The notes below the pieces were generated by a model. The model did no database searches. It saw nothing but the letters and a program-made list of their open reading frames with translations, and was not told where the DNA came from. DNA of 64,000 nucleotides from Candidatus Omnitrophota bacterium (GTDB lineage: Bacteria; Omnitrophota; Gorgyraeia; Zapsychrales; Zapsychraceae): contig JAFGFL010000091.1 in assembly GCA_016931055.1 (NCBI GenBank), positions 42,108-106,107 of the forward strand. The letters run 5' to 3'. Both the position numbers and the translations under genes were made by a program. This document shows, in pieces, positions 38,552 through 48,137 of the stretch. Position 1 is the first letter of the stretch, and each line of letters opens with the position of its first letter.

Positions 38552-39294
38552 AGACGATGGAAGGAAAGATTGTTTGGGTGACCGGCGCTTCAAGAGGTAT
38601 CGGGCGGGCCACTGCCTTAATGTTTGCCAAGGAAGGCGCCACTCTGATTCTCAATGCGCGGGAAGAAGGCCATTTGAAGGAAATTGACGCTCAAGTCAAA
38701 GAAGTTTCAGGGAATGCGCCGGTCCTTCTGGGTTACGATGTTTCTGATCCCGTGAAAGTCAAAGACAGCTTTCACCTGATCCATAAGAAGTTCAAGAAAC
38801 TGGATGTGATGGTGAACAATGCCGGAATCCTGGAGGATTCGTTGTTAGGGATGCTTAGCCCTGAATTGGTGACAAAGATATTCTCGACCAACGTGTTCTC
38901 GGTTATTTATCATATGCAATATGCTTCACGATTGATGGCGAAGGATGGAACGGGAAGCATTATCAATGTGAGTTCCATCATCGGCCGTTTGGGCAATGAG
39001 GGACAGGTGGCTTACGGCGCGAGCAAAGCCGCTGTCATCGGGGCGACATTGTCGGCGGCGAAGGAACTCGCGCCGGCGGGCATCAGGGTGAACGCGATTG
39101 CTCCCGGATTTATTGATACGGACATGGTGAAACAGCTGTCGCGTGAGAAATATGATCAACGTTTAGCGAGCATTAAAATGAAAAGGCTGGGGAGTCCGGA
39201 GGAAGTCGGAAAAGTGATCTTCTTTCTGGCTTCTGACGCGGCTTCCTATGTCACGGGTCAAGTGATCGGGATTGATGGGGGCATGCTGGTATGA
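38548..39294 (+). CDS. FabG-like ketoacyl reductase (classical SDR)
   Basis: TGASRGIG, VNNAGI, NVSSIIG, YGASK, VNAIAPGFIDTDM, IDGG. Confidence 0.9.
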   Translation: MKTMEGKIVWVTGASRGIGRATALMFAKEGATLILNAREEGHLKEIDAQVKEVSGNAPVLLGYDVSDPVKVKDSFHLIHKKFKKLDVMVNNAGILEDSLLGMLSPELVTKIFSTNVFSVIYHMQYASRLMAKDGTGSIINVSSIIGRLGNEGQVAYGASKAAVIGATLSAAKELAPAGIRVNAIAPGFIDTDMVKQLSREKYDQRLASIKMKRLGSPEEVGKVIFFLASDAASYVTGQVIGIDGGMLV

Positions 39295-40697
39295 ATTTCT
39301 GGGATTTATCACATTCGGGAAAGAGCATTGTTGTCAATAACAGTGAAACCCGGAAGAACTATAGTTATTTGGAATTCCAAGATCGGGTGGATGCTTTCAA
39401 GGCGGAAATGGCGGCACAAAACACCAAAGGGAAAACGTTGGGATTCATCTTTTGCAGGAATTCGCCTGCCGCTTTGGCTGGATATCTGGCGGCTTTGCAG
39501 GGAAAACAAGCCGTTTGCCTGTTAAGCGTTCAATTAGCGGATTTTCTGAGGGATGAATTGATCCGGATTTACCAGCCTGATTGGATATGGGCTCCGTCGG
39601 AAATGGGGGCTTTACCAAATAATTATGATGGAAAGAGGGAATGGGAGGGGTATAGATTGTCTTGTATCTCGCGGGAATCTAAGGGGACGGAAATTCATCC
39701 GGATCTAGCTGTTCTTCTTTCGACATCCGGAACGACCGGAACTCCCAAAATGGTGCGTTTATCCTACCGGAATCTTCAGGCAAACGCCGAATCCATCGCG
39801 GAATATTTGAGGCTGACGTCCAATGAATGCCCGGTGACGACCTTGCCCATGCATTATTCCTACGGACTGTCTGTTGTGAACAGTCATTTACAGGTGGGGG
39901 CGACCTTATTGCTGAATAACCATGACATGATGACAAGGTCGTTCTGGAATTTATTCAAGGAAGAGAACCCTACCTCTTTCGCCGGAGTGCCTTATACCTT
40001 TCAAATGCTTCATCGATTGAAGTTTGAACAAATGCAGCTTCCGTCGTTAAGGACAATAACCCAAGCAGGAGGGCATCTGGATGTTCAATATCAGGAATAT
40101 TTTCAGAAAGCGTGCGGCCGGATGAATGTCAGGTTCTTTGTGATGTACGGCCAGACAGAGGCGACCGCGCGGATCAGTTATATTCCTGTCGAGAAACTTT
40201 CTGATTGTTTGGGTTCTATCGGGATTTCGATACCCGACGGGCGGATGGAAGCAGACCCGGAAACGCAGGAATTAATATACCATGGACCAAACGTCATGAT
40301 GGGATACGCCGAAAGCCGCAAAGACCTGAACAAAGGGGATGAATTAAACGGTCGGCTAAGAACGGGGGACATTGTCAGGCAGGATGAAAGAGGTCATTTC
40401 TATATTCAAGGGCGGTTGAAACGGTTTATCAAACCATTTGGATTGCGCGTGAACTTGGATGACCTGGAGTCGATGATCAAGAAACGATTCCAGAAAGCTT
40501 GTTATTGCACAGGGGATGATTCTCATTTGCTCATTGCCGTTCCGCATGAGAATTTAACCCAGGAAGTCAAAAACCTGATGGTGGATACGTACGGAATGAA
40601 ATTGTCCACATTGAGAGTTTCCACTCTGACGGATATTCCCCGTCTGGAAACGGGTAAAGTCAATTATGCGGCACTGAAGGACGCTCTGCTTAAATGA
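39291..40697 (+). CDS. AMP-forming acyl-CoA/acyl-ACP ligase
   Basis: TSGTTGTPK, LPMHYSYG, YGQTEA, TGD, GRLKRFIK, GKVNY. Confidence 0.9.
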   Translation: MNFWDLSHSGKSIVVNNSETRKNYSYLEFQDRVDAFKAEMAAQNTKGKTLGFIFCRNSPAALAGYLAALQGKQAVCLLSVQLADFLRDELIRIYQPDWIWAPSEMGALPNNYDGKREWEGYRLSCISRESKGTEIHPDLAVLLSTSGTTGTPKMVRLSYRNLQANAESIAEYLRLTSNECPVTTLPMHYSYGLSVVNSHLQVGATLLLNNHDMMTRSFWNLFKEENPTSFAGVPYTFQMLHRLKFEQMQLPSLRTITQAGGHLDVQYQEYFQKACGRMNVRFFVMYGQTEATARISYIPVEKLSDCLGSIGISIPDGRMEADPETQELIYHGPNVMMGYAESRKDLNKGDELNGRLRTGDIVRQDERGHFYIQGRLKRFIKPFGLRVNLDDLESMIKKRFQKACYCTGDDSHLLIAVPHENLTQEVKNLMVDTYGMKLSTLRVSTLTDIPRLETGKVNYAALKDALLK

Positions 40698-41779
40698 ATC
40701 TGGAACGCTTTTTTCAAGAGGAACCATTCGCTTGGGGTGCTGATGAGAAAAACGGCATCTTATCGGACGCGCTGTGGAAATTAACGGAAAAACACAGGAA
40801 GGCCTGTGAGATGTACCGGCGGATCCTGGAAGCGCTGCCGAACGGCACATTCAATTCTAAACGGATCGATCAGGTGCCGACGCTTCCGATCGGGCTTTTT
40901 AAACGGTATGACTTAAAAAGTGTTTCTCCTAAAGCTGTTGTCCGGGTCCTGACATCGAGCGGAACGACTTCGCAGACAGTGTCCCGTATTTTTCTGGACA
41001 AAGAAACATCTGTTCTTCAGACCAAAGCGTTGACGTGTATTATGCGGTCATTTATCGGACCCAAGCGGTTGCCGATGATCTTGGTGGACAGTCAAAATGT
41101 CCTGGAGAGGAAGGATTCCATGAACGCCCGCGGGGCCGGCCTGGTTGGTTTGAGCCTGTTTGGCCGGGATCACTTTTACATGCTGGACGAATCCATGCGT
41201 GTCCGTTGGGAAGAACTGGGAGCTTTCCTTAAGGAACATGCTGGTGAGAAAATCCTTATTTTTGGATTTACATCGATGATTTGGCAATATTTTCTGGAAG
41301 AAGCAAGGGCGGGAAAACGTGATATCTCTGTGCGAAATGGCCTATTGGTCCATGGCGGCGGTTGGAAGAAATTACAGTCACTGGGGATATCAAACGATGA
41401 ATTTAAGAAAGCGATCAGAAACCAGTTCCAGATTGAGCAGATTCACAATTTTTACGGGATGGCGGAACAGGTGGGTTCCATATTCATGGAATGTGAACGC
41501 GGCTATCTCCACGTTCCGAATTGTTCCGATATAATCATTCGGGATGGGCGTTCTCTGGAAGCGCTGAGGAACCGGAAAAAAGGGATCATTCAGGTGTTGA
41601 GCGTTTTGCCCCAAAGCTATCCGGGGCACAGTTTGCTGACGGAGGATGAAGGGATGATTGAGGGAGAAGATGATTGTCGTTGCGGACGCAAGGGAAAGTA
41701 TTTCCAGGTTCTTGGCCGTTTACCTCAAGTCGAATTACGCGGATGCAGTGATGTTTACGCTTATGGAGAAAGTCACTAA
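40694..41779 (+). CDS. LuxE-family acyl-protein synthetase
   Basis: LPIGLFK, TSSGTT, FGFT, HGGGWKK, FYGMAE, SYPGHSLLTED, LGRLPQVELRGC with the C-terminal acyl-accepting Cys. Confidence 0.9.
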   Translation: MNLERFFQEEPFAWGADEKNGILSDALWKLTEKHRKACEMYRRILEALPNGTFNSKRIDQVPTLPIGLFKRYDLKSVSPKAVVRVLTSSGTTSQTVSRIFLDKETSVLQTKALTCIMRSFIGPKRLPMILVDSQNVLERKDSMNARGAGLVGLSLFGRDHFYMLDESMRVRWEELGAFLKEHAGEKILIFGFTSMIWQYFLEEARAGKRDISVRNGLLVHGGGWKKLQSLGISNDEFKKAIRNQFQIEQIHNFYGMAEQVGSIFMECERGYLHVPNCSDIIIRDGRSLEALRNRKKGIIQVLSVLPQSYPGHSLLTEDEGMIEGEDDCRCGRKGKYFQVLGRLPQVELRGCSDVYAYGESH

Positions 41780-43005
41780 TGGAAGTATTATCGCCTGCAA
41801 ATGTCAAAGCGATGGATTACCAGGAGATTTTGGAAAGCATTCTAAAACGGGAGCCGTTTAAACCGTTTGATCCCGTCCTGATGGCGTTTGCCAAAGATGT
41901 TTCGGATGCCGTATTGAGCGACCGTCATTTTCGCGGTTACCCTGACATGATGGCGGCGGCTCACTGGATGCGGGCAAGTCATATAAAGGAGGTTCGCGAG
42001 AGATATGAATCCAGGCGGCAGGGACGGATTTGGCTGCCGAGAGGGACGGTCGTGCATTTTGCTCCGGCGAATGTGGATACTGTTTTTATTTACTCATGGA
42101 TTATTTCTTTTCTTCTGGGCAACAAAAACATCATCCGGCTTTCTCAGGGGAGAGGTCAGCAAGTGAACGCGTTTCTTCAGGCGGTCAATGGATTGCTCGA
42201 GAATAAGCGATACCAGCCGGTGAGCGACCGGAATATGTTTATCTGTTATGGGCATGAGGAGACGGTAACGGGAAGCCTTTGCGCTCAGTGCGATGTGCGT
42301 GTTATTTGGGGGGGGGATGAAACGGTTCGTTTGATCCGGCAGGTACCGCTGCCGCCTTACGCGACGGAAATCGTTTTTGCGGACAAGTTTTCTTTGGCGG
42401 CCATAAAAAGTAAGGCTGTCACAATATCGACGGAGAATGATTTGAACGATCTCGCTGGAAAATTCTATAATGATGCCTTCTGGTTCAATCAGAACGCCTG
42501 TTCATCACCGAGAATGGTTGTATGGATCGGTTCCAAGAGTGATAATGAGAGAGCGAAGAAGCTGTTTTGGGACGCGCTAAAGAAAGTAATTGAAAGAAAT
42601 GGCCTCAAGGAGGATGTGGCGGTCGGGTTGAACAGGATGTTGACGGGATACAGTTTTGCCGCTGAAGGATTAGCGGATCGATTGTCCTCTCAGGGGACGG
42701 AGAGGCCGTACCGTTTGCATATTAATGATTTAAGCGACCGGGTTAGGACGCAGCATGCTGGCGGCGGTGTATTCCTTGAAATGGAACTGTCCTCATTGTC
42801 CCTGCTAACCAGGCATGTGACTCGCAAGGATCAAACGTTATCTGTTTATGGATTTGACAAAGATGAATTGTCCGAATTCTCATCAGGTTTATTAAACGGA
42901 GGCGTGAACCGGGTCGTTCAGGTTGGGCAAGCGCTTGAGTTTGATTTGATTTGGGACGGATTTGATTTGTTTACTTATCTTTCGCGTGAAATCACGGTGA
43001 AATAA
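41779..43005 (+). CDS. LuxC-family acyl-CoA/acyl-protein reductase
   Basis: PRGTVVHFAPANV, LLGNKNIIRLS, IWGGDET, FNQNACSSP (catalytic Cys), QTLS, WDG. Confidence 0.88.
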   Translation: MEVLSPANVKAMDYQEILESILKREPFKPFDPVLMAFAKDVSDAVLSDRHFRGYPDMMAAAHWMRASHIKEVRERYESRRQGRIWLPRGTVVHFAPANVDTVFIYSWIISFLLGNKNIIRLSQGRGQQVNAFLQAVNGLLENKRYQPVSDRNMFICYGHEETVTGSLCAQCDVRVIWGGDETVRLIRQVPLPPYATEIVFADKFSLAAIKSKAVTISTENDLNDLAGKFYNDAFWFNQNACSSPRMVVWIGSKSDNERAKKLFWDALKKVIERNGLKEDVAVGLNRMLTGYSFAAEGLADRLSSQGTERPYRLHINDLSDRVRTQHAGGGVFLEMELSSLSLLTRHVTRKDQTLSVYGFDKDELSEFSSGLLNGGVNRVVQVGQALEFDLIWDGFDLFTYLSREITVK

Positions 43006-43017
43006 TGCAAGGGACCT

Positions 43018-44037
43018 ATGCCTAATAAGAAAAATACTCATGTTATGATCATCGCCGAGGCGGGTGTTAACCACAATGGAAACTTGGAGACGGCGTTGCG
43101 GCTGGTTGATGAGGCGGCATGTGCGGGTGCCGATGCCGTTAAATTCCAGACTTTTATTGCCGAAGCGGGTGTCAGCAAGTTCGCGCCGAAAGCCGAATAT
43201 CAGAAGAGAACCATGGGGAATGAGGAATCGCAACTGGAAATGGTCAAGAAGCTTGAACTGGATGAAAACGCGCACAGGAAATTGATGCAACGCTGCAAAC
43301 AGAAAGATATCCTTTTTCTTTCGACACCTTTTGACAGGGGAAGTATTGAATTGCTTGATCAGCTTGGACTGGAGATGATCAAAATTCCTTCCGGTGAGAT
43401 CACGAATCTTCCATATCTGCGAAAGGTCGGGGCCTTGAAGAAAAAGCTCATTCTTTCGACCGGCATGTCAACCCTCAAGGAAATCCGGGTGGCGCTCCGG
43501 ATACTGGAATCCTCAGGGACGCCAAGGAGCCGGATAACAGTTCTTCATTGCAATACCGAGTATCCAACTCCCTACGAGGACGTGAATCTTTTGGCCATGT
43601 TGACGATCAGAGACAAGTTGGGTGTTAAGGTCGGTTATTCCGATCATACTCTAGGCGTTGAAGTTCCTATTGCGGCGGCCGCTTTGGGCGCGTCGGTTAT
43701 TGAAAAACATTTTACTCTTGACCGGACGATGCCCGGACCCGATCATATAGCTTCCATTGAACCAGATGAACTGAGGCAAATGGTTTTGGCCGTGAGAAAT
43801 ATTGAGAAAGTCCTGGGGGATGGTACTAAAAAGGCTTCGCCTTCTGAACAAAAGAATATTCCTATCGCTCGTAAAAGTATTGTGGCTGATAAAGACATTG
43901 CCAAAGGGGAAATCTATTCCGAGAGTAATATTACAATCAAAAGGCCAGGAACGGGGATCACTCCTATGCAATGGGACCATGTGTTGGGCATTCCATCCAA
44001 AAGAAACTTTTGTAAAGATGAATTGATTGAATTATAG
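43018..44037 (+). CDS. neuB: second nonulosonate synthase (NeuB; E. coli NeuB/legionaminate LegI-like)
   Basis: IAEAGVNHNG, GADAVKFQTF, STPFD, KIPSGEITN, HCNTEYPTP, GYSDHTLG, EKHFTLD, GPDH, RKSIVA, KRPGTGI. Confidence 0.92.
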   Translation: MPNKKNTHVMIIAEAGVNHNGNLETALRLVDEAACAGADAVKFQTFIAEAGVSKFAPKAEYQKRTMGNEESQLEMVKKLELDENAHRKLMQRCKQKDILFLSTPFDRGSIELLDQLGLEMIKIPSGEITNLPYLRKVGALKKKLILSTGMSTLKEIRVALRILESSGTPRSRITVLHCNTEYPTPYEDVNLLAMLTIRDKLGVKVGYSDHTLGVEVPIAAAALGASVIEKHFTLDRTMPGPDHIASIEPDELRQMVLAVRNIEKVLGDGTKKASPSEQKNIPIARKSIVADKDIAKGEIYSESNITIKRPGTGITPMQWDHVLGIPSKRNFCKDELIEL

Positions 44038-44103
44038 ATCAAACAATGAAATCAATGAGAACAGGATTAATGACTAATGTATGTCAATGGGAAAGGGCTT
44101 TAA

Positions 44104-45741
44104 ATGAGTAAACCAAATATGCTATTCATTTCACCACCGGATATACCTATCGAAGAAATTAGGAATACGAATACACCGACGGCACAGTGGGCAACGAACA
44201 TTTCCATGAAGATGGGGATCTTATCGCTTGCGGCCTATACTTTAAAGCATGTGGATGCACAAATCCGGATTATTGATCTTGGTCTCGAGATTTCAAATAA
44301 TGAGGATAGTTTTAAAACGATGATATGGGAGGAGTTTTTACGTCTGACCATGTCGAAAGTGTTTGATTCAGAACTTCCTGAGATTGTCGGGATATCGGCT
44401 CTTTATAACTCCAATGCAGGATATATGGAACTTATTGCTTCAACCGCAAAAGTTTTATGGCCGGGAGTCTTGGTTATTGCGGGGGGTATTTTACCGACCA
44501 ATTATTATCGTTATGTTCTTGATGAGGCCCCGAGTATCGATGCCATCGTAATCAAAGAAGGAGAGAAGCCTCTTGTTGGGCTTCTTACAGCCGGTGATAA
44601 GAAAGAATACCTTGCTGGGGCAAAGGGATGGATGACAAGAGAAAGGCTTCATGAAGAGCCAACCATGGACTTAATCAATGATCTCGATGAAATCCCGTTC
44701 TTTAGATATGACCTGATTGATTTCGATGCTTATCAGAAATTGAATCGTTACCATGGTGAGCGCTCGTCTGATTCAATTGCTGTATCGGTGATGACAACAC
44801 GGGGATGTCCCTATGGATGTTGTTTCTGCGCATCACATACGGTCCATGGAAAGAAAATAAGACGACATAGTTCTGAACGTGTTTTGAATGACATCCATAA
44901 ACTAAAGGAATTATACAAAGTGAATATCATTTTGATTGAAGACGATCTTTTTTTTATTCAGAAAGAGTATGCGCTTGAGGTGTTAAAGGGCATTTCAAAA
45001 ATGAATTTGACCATTGAATTTCCAAACGGGATTTCCATCCAACATATGGATGAAGAAATGGTGGATGCTTTAAAAACAGCCGGCCTTAAAATGGCAACAC
45101 TAGCTGTGGAATCAGGGAGTGAGCGTGTGCTCAATGAAATCATTCATAAACCATATAAGAAACTATCAAGAGTGAAATATGTTGTTTCTCTTTTGCGAGA
45201 ACGGGGAATATATGTTCGGGCTGGTTTTATAATTGGTTTTCCGGGAGAAACGATGGAAGAGATTCTTGAAACTAAGCGGTTCATGAAAGAAACAGGCTTT
45301 AATTGGGTGCAGATATTTATTGCTACACCGTTAGTCGGATCTGAACTTTATGATATCTGTAAGAAGAACGAGCTGCTGATATCTGACAGTCTCGAGAAAT
45401 TCCATTTTGGGCAATCTAACATAAGATTATCACATTCAACTTCCGAAGAATTTGTTAACCTTCGATATTTGATGAATTTGGAAGTCAATTTTGTTGATAA
45501 TTATGATTTAAGGAATGGTAGCCCGCAAGTTGCACTGATTGGATTTCTCGATGTAATCAATCGGGTCCCCAATCACGCGTTTGCTTACTATTTTGCCTCT
45601 CAATGTTATGAAAAGATGGGAAAGGAAGATCTATGCCGTGAGTATCAAGCAAAGTATAGAGAGATTGTTCTTGCTTCAAGCGAATGGATGGGATACACAA
45701 AACACTTTAATCTTCCAATTGGGGAAATGGCTGAATTATGA
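44104..45741 (+). CDS. cobalamin-binding radical SAM enzyme with C-terminal TPR-like helices; AT-rich
   Basis: MGILSLAAY, IAGG, KEGE, TRGCPYGCCFC, EDDLF, FPNG, AVESGS, IGFPGET, TPLVGS; tail PNHAFAYYFASQCYEKMG. Confidence 0.9.
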   Translation: MSKPNMLFISPPDIPIEEIRNTNTPTAQWATNISMKMGILSLAAYTLKHVDAQIRIIDLGLEISNNEDSFKTMIWEEFLRLTMSKVFDSELPEIVGISALYNSNAGYMELIASTAKVLWPGVLVIAGGILPTNYYRYVLDEAPSIDAIVIKEGEKPLVGLLTAGDKKEYLAGAKGWMTRERLHEEPTMDLINDLDEIPFFRYDLIDFDAYQKLNRYHGERSSDSIAVSVMTTRGCPYGCCFCASHTVHGKKIRRHSSERVLNDIHKLKELYKVNIILIEDDLFFIQKEYALEVLKGISKMNLTIEFPNGISIQHMDEEMVDALKTAGLKMATLAVESGSERVLNEIIHKPYKKLSRVKYVVSLLRERGIYVRAGFIIGFPGETMEEILETKRFMKETGFNWVQIFIATPLVGSELYDICKKNELLISDSLEKFHFGQSNIRLSHSTSEEFVNLRYLMNLEVNFVDNYDLRNGSPQVALIGFLDVINRVPNHAFAYYFASQCYEKMGKEDLCREYQAKYREIVLASSEWMGYTKHFNLPIGEMAEL

Positions 45742-46901
45742 AAAAAATATGTATTATTACTGGATCACGGGCGGAATACGGGATTCTCAGGCCTTTGATC
45801 GAAGAAATTAAGAATGACGGCAGTCTTGAACTGCAATTGCTGGTTACAGGGATGCACCTATCGACGGAATTCAATCTCACTTTTCAGGAGATAGAGAAGG
45901 ACGGATTTCCGATCAGCGAAAAAATTGAGACGCTGCTGAGTTCTGATACACCTGTCGGCATCTCAAAATCGATGGGATTGACTATCATCAGCTTCAGCGA
46001 AGCCTACGAGCGACTGAAGCCTGACCTCATTGTTGTCCTTGGGGACCGATTTGAGATTTTCAGCGCTCTTGTTCCGGCTCTGATTTGCGGGATCCCGGTG
46101 GCGCACATTGCCGGCGGCGAAATAACGCAAGGGGCTTTTGATGACGCCTTGCGTCATTCCATCACTAAAATGAGCCAGATCCATTTTACGGCGACCGAGG
46201 AATACAGAAAAAGGGTCATTCAATTGGGCGAACATCCTTCTACGGTCTTTAATGTCGGAGCCCCGGGGATCGATGCCATCCAAAAGACGCGATTCTTGAC
46301 CAGAGAAGGATTGAAGAAGGAACTGGGGATTGGCTTTAACAAGCGAAATCTGCTTATTGTATTTCATCCGGCGACCTTGGAGAAGAAAACGGCGTCCAAA
46401 GACCAATTCAGGGAGATACTTTCTGTTTGTGACGAACTCAAAGACACGAATATGTTTTTTGTTAAATCAAACGCGGATACCCATGGCCGGATCATCAACG
46501 CGATGATTGATGAATATGTCGCGGTCAATTCCGAGACAACATGGGCATTTACATCGTTAGGGCACGAAAAATACTTGTCTCTTCTGCGGCAGGTGGACGG
46601 CATGATAGGAAATTCTTCAAGCGGTATTGTTGAAGCGCCCAGTTTGAAGGTGGGCACGATCAATATCGGAGACCGGCAGAAGGGAAGAGTCCGGGCCCAA
46701 AGCGTCATCGACTGTGAGGCGACAAAAGGGGCGATAAGGAAGGGGATTAAGACGTTGTATTCAGCGGCCTATCAAAGAAAACTAAGAAATGTTCTCAATC
46801 CCTATGGGAAAGGGAACGCGGCAAAATCGATCAAGGGAATCATTAAATCATATCAGTTGAACAATATTGTTAAAAAGAAGTTTTATGACATCAAGGGATA
46901 A
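45738..46901 (+). CDS. neuC: second hydrolysing NDP-HexNAc 2-epimerase (NeuC/LegG-like)
   Basis: TGSRAEYG, TGMHLS, LGDRFE, HIAGGE, DDALRHSITK, FHPAT, GNSSSGIVE, IGDRQKGR, NPYG. Confidence 0.92.
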   Translation: MKKICIITGSRAEYGILRPLIEEIKNDGSLELQLLVTGMHLSTEFNLTFQEIEKDGFPISEKIETLLSSDTPVGISKSMGLTIISFSEAYERLKPDLIVVLGDRFEIFSALVPALICGIPVAHIAGGEITQGAFDDALRHSITKMSQIHFTATEEYRKRVIQLGEHPSTVFNVGAPGIDAIQKTRFLTREGLKKELGIGFNKRNLLIVFHPATLEKKTASKDQFREILSVCDELKDTNMFFVKSNADTHGRIINAMIDEYVAVNSETTWAFTSLGHEKYLSLLRQVDGMIGNSSSGIVEAPSLKVGTINIGDRQKGRVRAQSVIDCEATKGAIRKGIKTLYSAAYQRKLRNVLNPYGKGNAAKSIKGIIKSYQLNNIVKKKFYDIKG

Positions 46902-46904
46902 AAT

Positions 46905-48137
46905 ATGACTGTTAAAGGGAAACGAAATTTGGGAAAAAGAAATCTTCGGCCCGCCGTGTTGGGAGGAAAGCCCGCTTTTAATGAATTGATCAGTATCACG
47001 AAACCGACTATAACGTCCATCGGATGGCTGCGAAACAGGTATGGCGCTGTCTTGAAAAGCGGTGTTATAACCAACGCCGGAAATGTCAGGGAATTCGAGA
47101 AACGGATTGAAGAATACTGTGGCGTCAAGAATGCGGTGGCGGTCAGCAGCTGTACAAGCGGACTCATGCTGGTGTTAAAGACGATGAACCTAAAAGGAGA
47201 GGTTATTCTTCCCAGTTTCACGTTTCATTCGACGGCCCATGCGGTTGCTTGGGCGGGATTAAAACCTGTTTTTGTTGATTGTGATAATCGCACGTTTAAT
47301 ATTGATTCTGGGGAAGTTGAACGGGTGATCAATTCTCAAACCAGCGCGGTCATTGGTGTTCATTTGTTTGGAAATCCGTGCAATGTAAAGGAACTTGAAC
47401 GCATCGCAAAAAGGAACAAGCTGGCCTTGTTGTTTGATTCGGCCCACGGTTTTGGGGCTCAGTATAAAGGCCATCCTTTAGGATCGTCAGGGGATGCCGA
47501 AGTCTTCAGCTTAAGCCCGACAAAACTCCTTACAGCAGGAGAAGGAGGAATTGTCACGACGAATGACGATACACTGGCCAGAAATATCCGTGTGGGGAGA
47601 AATTATGGAGATGCCGGGACCTATAGTTGCGAATTTTCTGGTTTAAACGCGCGGATGAGCGAATTGCATGCGCTTTTAGGTATTTCAAGTCTTGAGAACC
47701 TTGAGAGGAATGTCCAATGGCGGAACAAGCTTGTTCGACTATACAAATCGTTATTATCATCGATCCCGGGTATTCGTTTTCAGGAAATCAGAGAAGGGGA
47801 CAGGAGTTCTTTCAAGGACTTTTCAATTGTGATCAATGAAAAAGAGTTTGGATTGAACAGGGACGTTTGCGGGGCATGTCTTGAGAAAGAAAATATCGGA
47901 GTAAAAAAATATTTTTACCCTGCCGTTCATACCCAGAAGGCTTTTGCCCGGTATTATAACAAGAGTTACCAACGGACTTTAAGAACAACAGTGGCCGTTT
48001 CGGAGAATATTCTGAGTTTGCCGCTTTATTCACATATGAAGGAAACTCATGTACGTAAAATTTGCGCTTGTATCGAAGGGATTAATCGGAACAAGCTTCA
48101 AATACAATCCTTATGGGAAAAGAATAAGTGGCTATAA
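46905..48137 (+). CDS. third DegT-family sugar aminotransferase
   Basis: SSCTSGL, PSFTF, VHLFG, DSAHG, SLSPTKLLTAGEGG, GLNARMSE, YFYP, LSLP. Confidence 0.9.
   Translation: MTVKGKRNLGKRNLRPAVLGGKPAFNELISITKPTITSIGWLRNRYGAVLKSGVITNAGNVREFEKRIEEYCGVKNAVAVSSCTSGLMLVLKTMNLKGEVILPSFTFHSTAHAVAWAGLKPVFVDCDNRTFNIDSGEVERVINSQTSAVIGVHLFGNPCNVKELERIAKRNKLALLFDSAHGFGAQYKGHPLGSSGDAEVFSLSPTKLLTAGEGGIVTTNDDTLARNIRVGRNYGDAGTYSCEFSGLNARMSELHALLGISSLENLERNVQWRNKLVRLYKSLLSSIPGIRFQEIREGDRSSFKDFSIVINEKEFGLNRDVCGACLEKENIGVKKYFYPAVHTQKAFARYYNKSYQRTLRTTVAVSENILSLPLYSHMKETHVRKICACIEGINRNKLQIQSLWEKNKWL

Noticed and set aside
40694-43005. Bioluminescence (lux) operon
   Set aside because: No luciferase luxAB, luxD or luxG. 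The context of ACP, acyltransferase and neuB fits acyl-substituent synthesis.
44046-44111. 21-codon ORF MKSMRTGLMTNVCQWERALNE overlapping the start of the third radical SAM gene
   Set aside because: No Shine-Dalgarno and short enough to arise by chance in AT-rich DNA. Not supportable as a precursor peptide without conservation data.
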